Of a stretch of 64,000 nt of DNA, positions 11,368 to 25,330 are shown piece by piece. Each line of letters begins with the position of its first letter. Positions within the stretch are counted from its first letter, which is position 1. The DNA comes from Octopus sinensis (Eukaryota), in assembly GCF_006345805.1 (NCBI RefSeq), contig NC_043006.1:38936001-39000000 (forward strand). The letters run 5' to 3'. A program made the position numbers and the translations under genes. Below the pieces are notes generated by a model. It did not search any database and was not told the origin of the DNA. It worked only from the letters and a program-made list of their open reading frames with translations.

Positions 11368-11914
11368 TATAATAATAATAGCAGTACCAGGCAATGCCCT
11401 GATGCAGTACCAGGAAGTGGCTCTCATGGCTTCTGATCTTAATTGATTGGAAATGTTATCATGTACATTGTTTTGTCTTGGTATAAAAGATGGGCTACAG
11501 CAAATATTCTACTCAATACCACAGATTTGTTTTTCAGTTGTTTGACCTTAACCAGTTGAGCATACCCCTTAGTGGCTGACAATATGTACATTTCTGATCT
11601 CGAGCAGAAGTAGTGGGGAAGCATCATAGCCATATGTTAAGAGGAATTCTTTGGGGTTTGAACAATTCCCCTCTGGAAATATGGGTGTTTTGTTCATTAT
11701 CCTTAAACAAACCTTATTCGGGAACCTTTTGAGTGGAATGGGCTACTCAACCTGAAGAAAATTCTAACTGGGGCCCCATCTGCAAAGTCAAGTGCTGTTT
11801 ATCTTGATATGAGATCACCATGTTACACACATATGGTTATGATGCATGTGCCTGGTGTACCCTCATCAGACGGGTAGTCACAATGGATATACTGGGCTTC
11901 ATATATTTTACCCT

Positions 11915-12122
11915 ACTATAGGCACAAGGACTGAAATTGGGGGGGGGGGGCAGTAGTCAATCACATCGACCCCATTGTTTTACTGGTACTTAATTTATCG
12001 ACCCCGAAAGAATGACAGGCAAAGCAGACCTCGGCGGAATTTGCAATGGGAGAAAGTAGCAATGGGAGAAATACCGTTAAGTATTTCGTCTTGCATGCTA
12101 ACGATTCTGCCAGCTCAGTGCC
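11915..12122 (-). mobile_element. SINE family B
   Basis: Minus strand gagctggcagaatcgttagc...aattccgccgaggtc...cggggtcgataaattaagtaccag; copies near 14870, 26460, 32775, 34170, 36120, 42010, 43195 and 60205. Confidence 0.8.
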
Positions 12123-12137
12123 TTTATAATAAAAATG

Positions 12138-12171
<34 letters not shown>

Positions 12172-12538
12172 TAATAAAAATAATGATAATAATGATAATA
12201 ATACAGATGTAAAGAATTTATCAGGTGGACCTGAAGGTGAAATAATGCTATACTCAACAGCTGACTCAGCACTGAACAATGGATACGATTATTGGACTTT
12301 TTTTCGTTTTGTGTTTGTATGAGTGTTTCCGTGTGTGTGTGGATGTGTGTCTGGGGGGGGGTGGGTAATGAAAGAGAACAAGAGAGCCTTTGCAGAGGAA
12401 CTGAACATAAAGAGTAGCTGAATGAAAGAATACTTGGTTTAGTAAAAGAATTGAAAAAAAAAAAGTCTATCAGAGACAAAACAGTAATAGAATTTAGTGA
12501 AGTGATCCTGTTAGCTATTCAATAATTGACAATTAAAT

Positions 12539-12581
<43 letters not shown>

Positions 12582-12856
12582 TATGGAAATATATATATTG
12601 TACACACAGGTGCAGGCATGTATATGCATTTTATACATATGCATTCATACATACATGTATATAGCACACACACACATATACATGCAAGTACATACACACA
12701 TATGGAAACACATTTACCACGAATATAAGCACACGTATACACACATACACATAGTCATGCATATATGATGCATGCACATATTCACAAATTCACATGCGTG
12801 CACGCATGCAAACACATGTATAGACATGCAAGACAAATACACACACACATATATAT

Positions 12857-13172
12857 AGGGCGCGTGGCTTAGCGGTTAGGGCATTCGGCTCATGATCGTA
12901 AGGTTGTGAGTTCGATTCCCGGCGACGCGTTGTGTCCTTGAGCAAGACACTTTATTTCACGTTGCTCCAGTCCACTCAGCTGGCAAAAATAGTTGTACTT
13001 GTATTTCAAAGGGTCAGCCTTGTCACTCTCTGTGTCACCTGATTATCCCGAGAACTACGTTAAGGGTACACGTGTCTGTGGAATGCTCAGCCATTTGCAC
13101 GTTAATTTCACGAGCAGCTGTTCCCGTTGATCGTATCAGCTGGGACCCTCGTCGTCGTAACCGGCGGAGTCT
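12857..13172 (+). mobile_element. SINE family C-related, full length
   Basis: A box TGGCTTAGCGG, B box GTTCGATTC, gtgtccttgagcaagacactt central block; 3' half matches 57085-57260 in reverse orientation. Confidence 0.85.
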
Positions 13173-13316
13173 TTTTTTTTATATATACATACATACAAGC
13201 ATATATACACCTGATACATGCATATAACACTGAATACATGCATATATACAAATACACGCACATTTACACTCACACATATAGAAACACGCATTTCACACTC
13301 ATATGCAAACATGCAG

Positions 13317-13359
<43 letters not shown>

Positions 13360-13369
13360 CACACACATA

Positions 13370-13770
13370 AGCATAGAAGTGGGTGTGTGGTAAGTAGCTT
13401 GCTTACCAACCACGTGGTTCCGGGTTCAGTCCCACTATGTGGCATCTTGGGCAAGTGTCTTCTACTATAGCCTTAGGCTGACCAAAGCCTTGTGATTGGA
13501 TTTGGTAGATGGAAACTGAAAGAAGCCCATTGCATGTATGTATATGTGTGTGTGGTGTGTGTGTGTGTCTGTGTGTATGTGTATATGTTTGTGTGTCTGT
13601 CCCTGCAACTACACTTGAGAACTGATGCTGGAGTGTTTACATCCCCATAACTTAGCAGTTCAGCAAAAGACACCAATAGAATAAATACTAGGCTCACAAA
13701 GAATAAGTCCTGGGTTTGATTTGCTCAACTAAAGGCGGTACTCCAGCATGGCCACAGTTAAATAACAAAT
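13370..13770 (+). mobile_element. SINE family A, full-length copy
   Basis: Head, (TG)n spacer, central domain and tail all present. Confidence 0.85.
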
Positions 13771-14060
13771 AAATTTTAAAAATACACACACACACACATA
13801 TCATTATCCATCATCCTCTAATGTCTGTTTTCCCCTCTGGTATGGATTGACTACTAACTACATACACACACAAACACGCACACACAAGACGGATTCTTCC
13901 GTCAAAAAAAGACGTTTGAGCATTCAGCTTTTGCTGTATGACCTGTACAATTGGTTTGTTTATAGTTACCTAATGTTTGTGCCACACATTTGCTTACTCT
14001 CACTTTAACAATCTTTTTCTGTACAATATCTAATTATAAAAACATCACAGGATCTTTCAA

Positions 14061-14478
14061 CCCTTTAGTATTCACTTTGTTCTGTAAAAAATATAGCTTA
14101 TTCATTGCCATTGTTTTGAATTAATCATGCATTATCTTGTACAATTGAGATTTTGATGAAGTGACTGTTAATTTTTAGAATGACATTGTAGGGTAGGTGT
14201 GAGAAGTCAGATCTGGTAAGTTTGAACCTAAAACAGGTAGAATATTTCAGCCAGATATTCTTTTATTCTTTTACTTGTTCCAGTCATTCGACTGTGGCCA
14301 TGCTGGAGCACCGCCTTTAGTCGTAGAAATCAACCCCAGTTCTTATTCTTTGTAAGCCTAGTACTTATTCTATCGGCTTCTTTTGCCAAACCACTAAGTT
14401 ACGGGGATGTAAACACACCAGCATCGGTTGTCAAGTGATGTTGGGGGGGACTAACACAGAACACAAAACATATACACA

Positions 14479-14554
<76 letters not shown>

Positions 14555-14760
14555 TATATAGACATATATACGATGGGCTTCTTTCAGTTTCCGTCAACCA
14601 AATGTACTCAGAAGGCTTTGGTCGGCCAGAGGCTATAGCAGAAGTCACTTGCCCAAGGTGGCATGAGGTGGGACTGAACCCAGAACCATGTGGTTGGGAA
14701 GCATGCTTTTTACCACACAGCCACGCCTACACCTACATGTTTAGTTTAAATGCTAATGGG
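14061..14760. mobile_element. TTAA MITE interrupted by a full family A SINE (about 14257-14733, minus)
   Basis: 14061-14256 aligns with 7121-7316; the remaining end tttaaatgctaatggg|TTAA resumes after the SINE. Confidence 0.85.
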
Positions 14761-15189
14761 TTAAACATGGAATGGTCATGAGGTCCGCCCCAGTGAAATA
14801 GGAATCGAAGAAGGCCATAGTCAAAACATGGTTAAGAACCAAGTCCTTCCAAGCAATGGCTTCCAGTTGAGGCAAGAAGGGCTGAAATTTTGAGGGGAGG
14901 GGGTTAATCAATGCCATCTATCCCAGTACTTGATTAAAACTTTATTTCATAGACCCTTGAAGAATAAAAGCAAAACTGACTTGGCAGGATTTGAAATTAA
15001 AATACAAAGAACCAAAACAAATATCACAAGGCATTTTTTCCCTATGCTCTTATTATTCTGCTAACTCTCCCCCCCACCCCCGTTTTTCCTTTTTGTTTTC
15101 CAATGCTTCAATGATTCTGCTTGATCACCAATAGCAACAACAGAACCGCAGCTGTGCATGCAATCAGTAAAAGTATTAAAGCGTAAATG

Positions 15190-16200
15190 CATACATATTC
15201 AAATTCATACACACATACAACTACATACAGACACATACATACATTTAAATTCACGCGCACACACATAGACTTAAATGCATAAATACAAACACACACACAC
15301 ATTCAAATTCATACATACACAACCTACATACTACATATACACACACACATACATTTTTAAATCCATACACACCTAGACATGTAAATGCAAACCACACACA
15401 CTCATATACATTCAAACATTTAAATTCATACGTACACATACATACGTACATAAACATACATATAAACCAGACATATACATACAAACATGTAAATACATAC
15501 ACATATGCACATACATTTAAATCCATACATACATATAAATACATACACATTCACACATATATACAAACAAGCATATATACAGACATGTAAATACATATAT
15601 ATACAGACAGACATACATACATTTGATTTTACACATACACACATTCATTTATATTCATATATACATACATATACATACACACATACATGCATTTAGATTT
15701 ATCCATACACACATATATTTATATTTATATATACATACACATATTCACATATATACATGTTTGTATATATCATTATCATCACCATCATCATTGTTTAGCA
15801 TGGAAGGAGGACATTAAACAATGATTATGATGATGATGATGATACATACACACATACATACACTTGATTTTAACAATATACACACACATATTCATACACA
15901 CATACTACACACATGCATACATTTAAATTTATCCATATACACAGATACATTTATATTCATATATATATACATACATTTGAATTGAACAATACATACACAC
16001 ATACATTTATATATACATTATATACATACATATGTTTAAATTTATTCACACACACACATATATTTATATATATACACACATACATACATACATTTGAACT
16101 GAACAATACATACATTTAAACTTATCCATATACACACATACATTCAGATTTATATATATATACATACACATAAACATACATTTTAATTCAACAATACACT
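15190..16200. repeat. Degenerate CA/CATA-rich minisatellite punctuated by TTTAAA/TTTGAA
   Basis: Recurrent acatttaaattcatacac-like units, with larger repeated blocks in 15680-16200. Confidence 0.7.
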
Positions 16201-17032
16201 TTTTAAGTTGATAAAATGTAATGCGATTGAAGTTGTATATATGTTGATGTCACTAGTCATTTTATGGTGAGGTGGGAAAAATAAACAAGGCAAAAAGTAG
16301 CTCTGTTTAATGTTAATAAAGCAGTGTATACTCTCGTTAAGCTGAAGACATTGATCTAGTAATTAAAATGATTCATCAAACAGACAGTCAAAAAGATGAA
16401 AAAATATTCTCATCTTCATTGTTTTGTAATGTCCACTTGTCCATGTTTACATTGGTCAGACTGAATTTGTGGAGGTAGATATTCTGTGGCTGGATGCTCT
16501 TCCTGTCACAAACTCTTGCCTGGTTTCCAATCTAGGTAATATTTCTTCATTGTTAGACATGTTTTTCAGGGAAAACAGGAAATGTACAACAATGGTTGTA
16601 TGATGAGTATCCTGAAGCTTATTTACAACCATCATATGATGTCAAGACAAGAGTACACTCAAAAACACACACATACACACACATATATCCACATATATTG
16701 CATGCACACGTGGTCACACCAGTTTTATCCTGTCTCCACCTCATAACACTTTGAACTTTTCTTGGACTATTCTACATGGATTCTCTACTTGGACTTCCTT
16801 CTACTTTCCTGCACTCGGATTCCTACACTTCAGCTGCATCTCTCCTACCCATGGATTACACTGGACTCTTCCTTTGGTGAGAAATCACTCCAATACACAA
16901 CGATGTTTGAACCTTTTGAAGTCTTCTAAACTTTATACCTGTTACAAGTTGTCCTATATATCAGTTGTCCTAGGTATCAATTGTTTGAGACTGAGTTGTC
17001 CTGGTAACAGTTGCCCTGGCACAATGTATGTT

Positions 17033-17067
<35 letters not shown>

Positions 17068-17075
17068 TATATATA

Positions 17076-17297
17076 CAGAGTGGCCCAAAAGTAGGTTTAC
17101 AGTTATCATATAGGTACTTTAATTATTATTACATTTAAATTTCTATTTTACAAACTGAAAAGGGAGTTTGACAAAATTAACTAAAAAATGCATAGAATAA
17201 TGGTTTCATACTTTTTTATGATTAAGATTTAAACAGTTAATATATGAATGCGAAAGAGGTAGTTGAATAACTGTAAACCTACTTTTGGGCCACCCTT
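17076..17297. mobile_element. Tc1/mariner-type MITE
   Basis: TA|CAGAGTGGCCCAAAAGTAGGTTTACAGTTAT ... ATAACTGTAAACCTACTTTTGGGCCACCCTT|TA; ~31-bp TIR. Confidence 0.9.
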
Positions 17298-17324
<27 letters not shown>

Positions 17325-17330
<6 letters not shown>

Positions 17331-18000
17331 CAAAAGAATACAAAAAATGGGACAAGAATACAACAGGTGACAAGACATCCAGACAGTTAGATGATACAAA
17401 AAGGGGCAAGAAAAAACAAGGATGGGTCATTCGGAGTTTTCTTACATCAGTTGAGTTCCAGATTAGATTTGCAGTTTTGGCTGGTTATACTCGAGACTTC
17501 TCCAATCTGGCCAGCCTCAAGGAAAATCTAGATTCCTTGGAAGAAAGCAATGAATGTGTACAAACACAGGGACAGAAAAAAATGGAGAAATGGTACACAA
17601 ATACAAATGTAGTCAACAGGACATTAATAATAGGTGTCTTTCGACTAAGGACGAATTAAATTAAGCTGGCATGTGTGGAAGTGAAGCCTTATGGCAAGGA
17701 TATAAGAGATGACAGGCATGGGAAAGAATATAAATGTTGTATGGATGGTAGTTGAACCAAGAAAGGACAGGCTTGGCTGAACACCGGTCACCTGGAAGGA
17801 GAGGAGAGAGGTAGAGACAGAAAGATAGAAGAAATTAGGGAGGAATGAGAAAAAGAGAAAAGGGACAGAGTGAAGTGAAAGAGGAGGGAAGGCCAGGAAA
17901 TGTGAGAAAGAAAGAAGAGTGGAAAGAACGAAGTAAGTGTGAAGGGGCTGAAAGAAAGAAAAAATGAAAGAATAAGAGAGATGTACAAAATTTAAATATG
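17325..18000 (-). mobile_element. PLE-like 3' region, single arm
   Basis: 17325-17560 is homologous to 27350-27720 (opposite strand). Contains ggctgg...ccagcc followed by AAAA (GAAA in the 27.5 kb copy); abuts (TA)n. Confidence 0.55.
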
Positions 18001-18139
18001 AAGGGCTTCTTTCATTTTCTGTCAACCAATTCCTCTCACAAGGCTTCGGTCAGCTCAAGGCTATAGTAGAAACACTTGCCCAAGGTGCCATGCAGTGGGA
18101 CTGAACCCGAAACCATGTGGTTGATAAGCAGGCTACTCT

Positions 18140-18171
<32 letters not shown>

Positions 18172-18350
18172 CAATGGGCTTCTTTCAGTTTTCAGCTACC
18201 ACATCCACTCACAAAGTTTTGGTTGAGCCCAGGGCCATAGTTGCTCTAGTAGAAGCAAGTTGCCCAAGATATCCGTCAGTGGTGGGAACTGAACTTGCAA
18301 CAACTTGGTCGAGAAGCAAGCGTATTAATCATAGAGCTATGCCTGCTCCT

Positions 18351-18608
18351 GAAAGAACTAGCAGGCCAGTGATGGAAATATCTAAGAAGCTGACAGAGAT
18401 GTGAAATAAAATGAAGTTTGAATTCTACAGCAGAATCACTCACCATTTCAACACACCTGGCCACTACCTTAACCATCTATCAGTATTTAGGATTTTTGCA
18501 CACCATGGGGCCTCACACTCCAGTTAACACAAAGAATAAAGCATTATCTTCACCATTGGAAGAGCTTGTTTGTTAGGTTTAAATAAACATTTCTCTTCCT
18601 GTACCTAA
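18351..18608 (+). pseudogene. Penelope-like element GIY-YIG endonuclease C-terminal remnant
   Basis: One frame with 3 internal stops: ERTSRP...ITHHFNTPGHYLNHLSVFRIFAHHG...HKE*SIIFTIGRACLLGLNKHFS. Matches the PLE pattern HFNxPGH...EQxLIFxLGTLxPxGLN. Confidence 0.75.
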
Positions 18609-18907
18609 CAGCACCTCATCTCACCTGTATTTATATATCTATGTACAGGTAAAGTTGTATTGATGTTTACCTGGTATATTTTTCCCCATATGTATTGATG
18701 TTTTCCTCATATATGTTTGTGTAAATAAAAAATATGTGTGTAGTTGTGAGTATAAATATATCTATGCAGAATTTTTCTTTCATAAAAGAATAATCGATGG
18801 ATATGTGGATGTGTGTGTATATGCATTCGTGACTATTTAAAGATGCTTTGTGCATCAGTGCATATGCATACACACATTACTTGGATGCAGGTAGCATATG
18901 TACGTTC

Positions 18908-18956
<49 letters not shown>

Positions 18957-19208
18957 CATTATTTAAATCCATTTTTCTTTCATATAGCTGCATGTATAGC
19001 TGTGTGGTAAGAAGCTTGCTTGCCAACCACATGGTTTTGGGTTCATTCTCATTGTGTGATACCTTTGGCTAGTGTCTTCTATAATTGAGTTGACCAAAGA
19101 CTTGTGAGTGGATTTGGTAGACTAAAATTGAAAGAAACCTGTCCTGTGTAATATATATATATATATATATAAATCAAAATAAGCAATAGGATATCAAGTA
19201 GTCATATA

Positions 19209-19290
19209 GTACGACCGTTTCAAGCGGCTCCATTTAATTGAACAATGCAATCATTTCATCAATTTAAATGCAATACCATCTTCAGCTGCA
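19209..19290 (-). ncRNA. Hammerhead-like motif with long stem II (degenerate)
   Basis: Minus strand CTGAAGA ... catttaaattga/tcaattaaatg ... GAAACGGTC; stem I weak; element flanked by (TA)n. Confidence 0.4.
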
Positions 19291-19484
19291 AAAATAAACA
19301 GAATTTTAACCAGTAGGACACATTAATGTAATTTTTCGCAAATACTTCAACAGAGCAAGATTTTGATTTTATTCACCTTACTTCAAGCTGAGTGGATAAC
19401 ACCAGACTGACTTCGTGCTTCAACCTAATTTAACTGAATCTCAACTATATATATATATATATATATATATTATATTTATGTCAT

Positions 19485-19960
19485 AAAGAGAAAATGAAGA
19501 GGTTTTACTACTAAAATTCAGTTTATTATCATATTGACAAAATTCTATATTACCTACAATCGTTTCCATACTCAGCTCATTCAATTACAAATTGATAAAT
19601 CAAAAATTGCATCTTGAAATAGCAAGCTGAATATTTCCTCAGGTTGAGAATTAGACACAAAATGAATCACATCATAATCCATCGGGTGATAATCGACAAA
19701 ATGTTGAACAGGTGATCGTCAACAGACTGCTGGAGTCTGTTGATGATCACCAATCAATTATGATGTGATTATTTTTGTGTCTAATTCTCTCCCTGAGGAA
19801 ATATTTAACTCACTATATCAAGACGCAATTTTTAATTTTTGATTTTTATTAATTTGTAACTGAATGACTCGAGTATGGAAACGATTGTAGGTAACAGAGA
19901 ATTTGACAATATGTTAATAAATTGAATTTTAATAGTAAAAGCTCTCTATTTTCTTCTTTT
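19485..19960. mobile_element. Long foldback element with a hammerhead-like motif in each arm
   Basis: About 200-bp inverted arms and an 18-bp central hairpin (19711-19751). Motifs at 19553-19648 (-) and 19787-19891 (+): CTGAGGA, stem II atattcagct/agctgagtat, GAAACGATT, gtagg. Confidence 0.75.
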
Positions 19961-20446
19961 AATATTTTATATTGATATATATCCACATATATCAAAGTGT
20001 AATAATCATTAAACGTTGTAATATACTTAATTGGCACCTATTTTAATCAATAAACACCAATACTATTAAGTTATACTGGACTCTTGAACTTTTCATTGAC
20101 ATATAAGATTAAACTGATGAAGCTTGGATGTAGACAGCACTTTTAAGTACTTGTATCCTCAAAATCGCTATATATGTGTGTGTGTATATGTATATATGCA
20201 TGCAAGTGTATGTGTGTATACATATATATATATATGGATGTGTGTGTATGTTTGTAATTATGTCTCTGTGTTTGTGGTTGTTCCTCACCTGTGCCTGATA
20301 TTTTACATCCTCATAACTTAGCAGTTCAGCAAAAGTGAGCGACAGAATATGTACTAGGCTTTAAAAAGATAAGTACTGGGGTTGGTTCATTCAACTAAAA
20401 CCTCAAGGTGGTGCCCCTGCATGGCCATAGTCTAATTGATTGGGAA

Positions 20447-20489
<43 letters not shown>

Positions 20490-20669
20490 TACATGCATAT
20501 AAGGTTGTGTGGTAAGATTGTTTGTGAACCACATGGTTCTGGGTTCAGTCCAGCTGTGTGGCATATTGGCAAATGTCTTCTATCATAAACATAAGGCAAC
20601 TTAATCCTCGAGTGTGGATCTTGGTAGAGGGAAACTGAAAAAAGACTATCATATATACGTACATGCACA

Positions 20670-20800
20670 TGTATGTATGTCATTATTCAGTTTATTTCAA
20701 GATACCTTGCCAACAGAGAAAGAGCTGGTTTCTAACCTAGATCTAAGGTTCCTTCAATGGAATTTCAAAATCAACAACAGTGTATGTGTGTATGTATGTA
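20670..20800 (-). mobile_element. R4/Dong-like element, 3' UTR-only copy
   Basis: gtatgtatgtcattattcagtttatttcaaga...caacaacag matches 480-590. Confidence 0.8.
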
Positions 20801-20946
20801 TGTTTCAGTCATTTGACTTATTCTTTGTGAGCTTAGTACTTATTCTATCAGTCCCTTTTGCCAAACTGCTAAGTTACGGGGACATAAACACACTAGCATC
20901 AGTTGTCAAGCACTGTTGGAGGGGGGTCCCCAACACATATACGTGG

Positions 20947-20994
<48 letters not shown>

Positions 20995-22523
20995 TATATA
21001 CATATATATATGTATGTATGTATGTAATACATATATTATGTATGTATGTATGTATATACTATATATATGTAGTATGTATTATATAACTTATATATAGTAT
21101 GTATCGGTATGTATATACATATATATATGTATGTATGTAATATATACATATATATACATATATATATATATATATGTATATATATGTTATATATATATAT
21201 GTATACATTGTATTACACATATATGTATATATATATATATGTATACATATGTATATGTATGTATTAACATATATATGTTGTATATATATATATGTATACA
21301 TATATGTATGTATATATATATGTATACATATATATGTATGTATATATATATATATGTAATATATATATATATATATTATATATATATATATATGTATACA
21401 TATATATGTATGTATATATATATGTATACATAATATGTATTATATATATATATATGTGATATATATATAATTATATAATATTATATATATATATATATAT
21501 ATATGATGAGCTTCTTTCAGTTTCTGTCTACCAAATGCACTCACAAGTTTTATTTTTGTCGAGTTATATATAAAAACAATTTAACATTAAACTGAAGAAT
21601 TGCTCAATAATTTTTATTGACTACATATTGATTATGCTTTTACAAGAAAAAAGTTGACTGTAACTTCAAAGTGTCTGCATACTAGCCTTTGTCAGACCGC
21701 ACAACACTTGGATTCCTTTTGGCCATATACAGTGTGTAAATATATACACATACACATGCATGCACACACACTGATATATGTAGCATATATCCGTATATAT
21801 TGTGTGACAACACGTGACTCACAAACTCAATTTTTATTATTTATACATTTGTGTGTGCGCGCGTGTGTGTGTGAGTGTGTGTGAGTGTGTGTGTATATAT
21901 ATATATATATATGTGAAATATGATAGTTGGCAGTGTAACAGTCACCATTACAAGGTATGTGTGCACCGACAGAAACACGAATTGTGCTTACTACTGGCAA
22001 GCTGTCTGATCAGTGACTATGAACTAACAAAATAAATAAATAAATAAATACAAAAACAAAAAAATACATAAATAAATAAATAAGCCTCTACCTTTCACTG
22101 ATTAATAATCCTCACAACTCATCTTCATTCTCTCTCTTTTTCCTCTCTCTCCATATCCAATGCACTCCCATTCAAACTCTCTTCTTTTTTTCTTTTCACC
22201 TTTCACTTCTCTCTCACACATTTACAGTAACTAATTCTTTAATATTACCAGTAATTCTTCAATATTTCCACACTCTCATGGACTAAGAACAAAGCAAAAC
22301 ACACCTCTTCTATCTCCTCCCTTGCCTTTAATAAATAAAAGGACTTCGTTTGTAACATCGTAGAATTTTTCCCCAATTGTATATGAATATAAAATACTTC
22401 ATATTTTATTAATAAATGCAACTTTTGTCAACACAGATCACCAGTACTCTCCTGAGATTATGTTTTTTTCACCTATGTATGTAGCTTTGCATAGGTATGT
22501 TTGTATTTCTAAGCTTAGGTATG

Positions 22524-22594
<71 letters not shown>

Positions 22595-22869
22595 GTATAC
22601 ATACTTTTATAACTGTAAATATATGTCATTCAACTATGGTAGTAGTTGAAAAATATTCTTAAAACTGCAATATACTCAAATGCAGCATCTTTCAGAGCTT
22701 GTTGCTAATTTAGTTCTTAACCAAATTAAAAAACTGTTGACATTTTTTAAGAGGGCTGGTCCCTAGCTACATTTTGGCATAAAAAATTTAGGTTTGGTCC
22801 AGTAGAAAAAAGTTTACATCAAAAAATGTAGCAGTGTTATAGGAGAGTAAGTAACGCCACCAATCAAGT

Positions 22870-23180
22870 TTAGATCTAAATAACTTCTTTTTTTATTTTA
22901 AAAGCAAAATATATTTATCTTAGCTTCAATGATAGAAGAAAGCGTGAAGAATCTTATAGTTTTGGTTCCATGCAATAAAAATTTGTATCGAAAAAGTTGT
23001 GAGGTAAAATATCATGAAAAAAATATAAGACAAAAAATTGTATTTAAGTATAATTAACTTTTTTTTCATTTTAAAAACAAACTGTATTTTAATTAAGCTT
23101 AAATGATAGAACTCAATTCGAGGAATTTCATGGTTTCACTCCCATAGAATGAAGTTTTAAAAGAAAAAGTTATGAGTGCT
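22870..23180. repeat. Two degenerate ~175-bp tandem units, probably internal to an unclassified DNA-transposon-derived repeat
   Basis: taactt(t)n...ttttaaaa...agctt(c/a)aatgatagaa...gaaaaagtt(g/a)tgag occurs twice. Confidence 0.45.
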
Positions 23181-25082
23181 TGTTTCTCAAATTTGAGAGT
23201 GATAATATAGTTCTATACTTTTCTATGAATACAGTTGTATAAGGGGACTTTAAATATATGTCGCTGGCATCATTAAGGTAAGGAAAAAATTATGAGTGAC
23301 ACCGCTAATTGATACATTTGACACAATATTAATTAGCAGAATAGCATAGCCTGGGAAAAACATTGATTACAAGGAAAAATATGAGCAAGAGAAATATATA
23401 TATAATATCTATACATATATATTATATATATGTGTGTATGTATTTATAAGTTACATATACATATATGTTATTTATATATATATAATATTTATACATATAT
23501 ATATGTGTGTGTATTTATATGATATATATACATATATGTTATATATATATGTGTGTGTGTGTGTGTGTGGTGTGTGTGTGTGTGCGTGTGTGTGTGTGCA
23601 TACATAGACATGCATATTTCATACACACACACACACACAAATATATACAGTCTGATGGAATTGTTTATTTTAGATACCTTATGAAAGTACACTTCTCAGC
23701 TTTGGACTATATAAAGATGACATTTTAACAATCTCATGCAACATATTGACGAATGTCAGGTATAGAAGGGGAAAAATACTTGATAAGAAGATTTAAGGAG
23801 TCTAACAAATGCTAACTTTTTAGATCTTACACCAGATTTAACATTTAGCAAATATTTCCTTCACTGAAAGTCAAACAAGGAAACCATTCTCAGAAATGAA
23901 TATTTTTAATAGTGCCACTCCTTATGGCAAAGACACACCAGCACTTTTAGTGAGAAACTAGTGCACAAAGAGCATCCTTGAACACAACTGCAAAAGTAGG
24001 AAGACTAAACATCTAAATGTAACCCCATTAACCTAGACTATTGTGAACAGAGCCTCCCTATATAACTAAAGAAGATGAAAGGATATATTTTATCTTTTAC
24101 TTGTTTCAGTCATTAGACAGCAACCAGGCAGTCAAATGATTCAAGCTCCAGTACTTATATGTATATATGACAGGCTTCTTTCAATTTCTGTTACCAAATC
24201 CACTCACAAGGCTTTGGTCAGCCTGAATTTATAGTAGAAGATGCTTGTCTAAAGTGCCATGCAATAGGACTGAACCCAGAACCATGTGGTTGGGAAGTAA
24301 ACTTCTTATCACATAGCGATGCCAGTTGCATTCTCAGGACAATAGCTTTAATTTTTCACTATTATTGTCTTCTTAGTTGAACAATATCAAATTACACAAA
24401 GCAAAGTACACGAAGAAATTAGTATAATTGTTGTCTGTGTAACTTGTGATTCCATATGTAGCCTTTATAAATAATCTTTATCCACTTAACAGACATTCAT
24501 CTTTGTTCAGATTATAGTAAAGAATAAAAATATTCTACCAGCTACTTAAGAATTAAAAGAATTAATTAAACTTTTTGAATTGTTTAATAGTTTGTATATC
24601 TGAACTAAATTTATATGGTGTGTACATTTAATTAAAATTTGCATCTTAAATTATTAAACAAGTAAAACATCAAATCTTTATAGATTTTACTTTGTGTCTG
24701 TATGAGAGACAATACAGTCCACACTGCCATAAAAGCACATATATATTTTAATGTATCAAAGAAATCTCTGATGTTAATATTAAAATCATTATTAAAGCAG
24801 AGAAGTGACCGAAATACAAAACATTCTTCTGTGTTCTGAGTTCAAGAAAAGGTCATGTAGCTGATTGGCATGTAGTCATTCATGAACACACTCCAAGCTA
24901 AGAACCATAGACATGGTGTCTCCTCATTCTGCCTCTTCTATCATTGTTAACGTGGCCTTTGCTCTTTAGAGTGGGTTGATCACATGTTGCTTCCACTTGG
25001 ACTTGCATAATTCACTCTTGGTCTCTTCTATCATCATCCATATATATAGTATCCAAAATGTATAGTATTAAATATCCATCAT

Positions 25083-25174
25083 GGCTGATTTTACCAATCA
25101 GTTTCATGTAAAGAATACAATGGAGTGCTAGGTAACAAGCCGATTACATAAATTTACGCTCATCAGAGTCAGCC
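25083..25174 (-). ncRNA. Type I hammerhead ribozyme motif (left arm)
   Basis: Minus strand ggctgact-CTGATGA-gcgtaaa...tttacat-GAAA-ctgattgg-TA-aaatcagcc. Confidence 0.65.
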
Positions 25175-25237
25175 AATATGAAAGGGAATATAGTGACTGG
25201 TCTCTATTGTCAGGGGTGGATTAGCACAACCAGTCTG

Positions 25238-25330
25238 CGGCTGCTCTGATGAGTGTAAAGTTATATAATCATTTTGTTACCTAACACTCCATTGTATTCT
25301 TTATGTGAAACCAATTGGTAAGATCAGCTG
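25238..25330 (+). ncRNA. Type I hammerhead ribozyme motif (right arm)
   Basis: cggctgct-CTGATGA(25246-52)-gtgtaaag...ctttatgt-GAAA(25307-10)-CCAATTGG-TA-agatcagctg; palindromic stem III; GUA triplet, predicted cut after 25320. Confidence 0.75.

Noticed and set aside
11975-12322. Asn-rich ORF ending DVKNLSGGPEGEIMLYSTADSALNNGYDYWTF
   Set aside because: It starts inside a SINE and crosses (AAT)n; the unique tail has no recognisable homology or clear exon boundaries.
12857-12930. tRNA gene
   Set aside because: A and B boxes are present but the sequence continues into a multicopy SINE body and has no clean acceptor stem; the same applies at 5740-5813 and 57380-57452.
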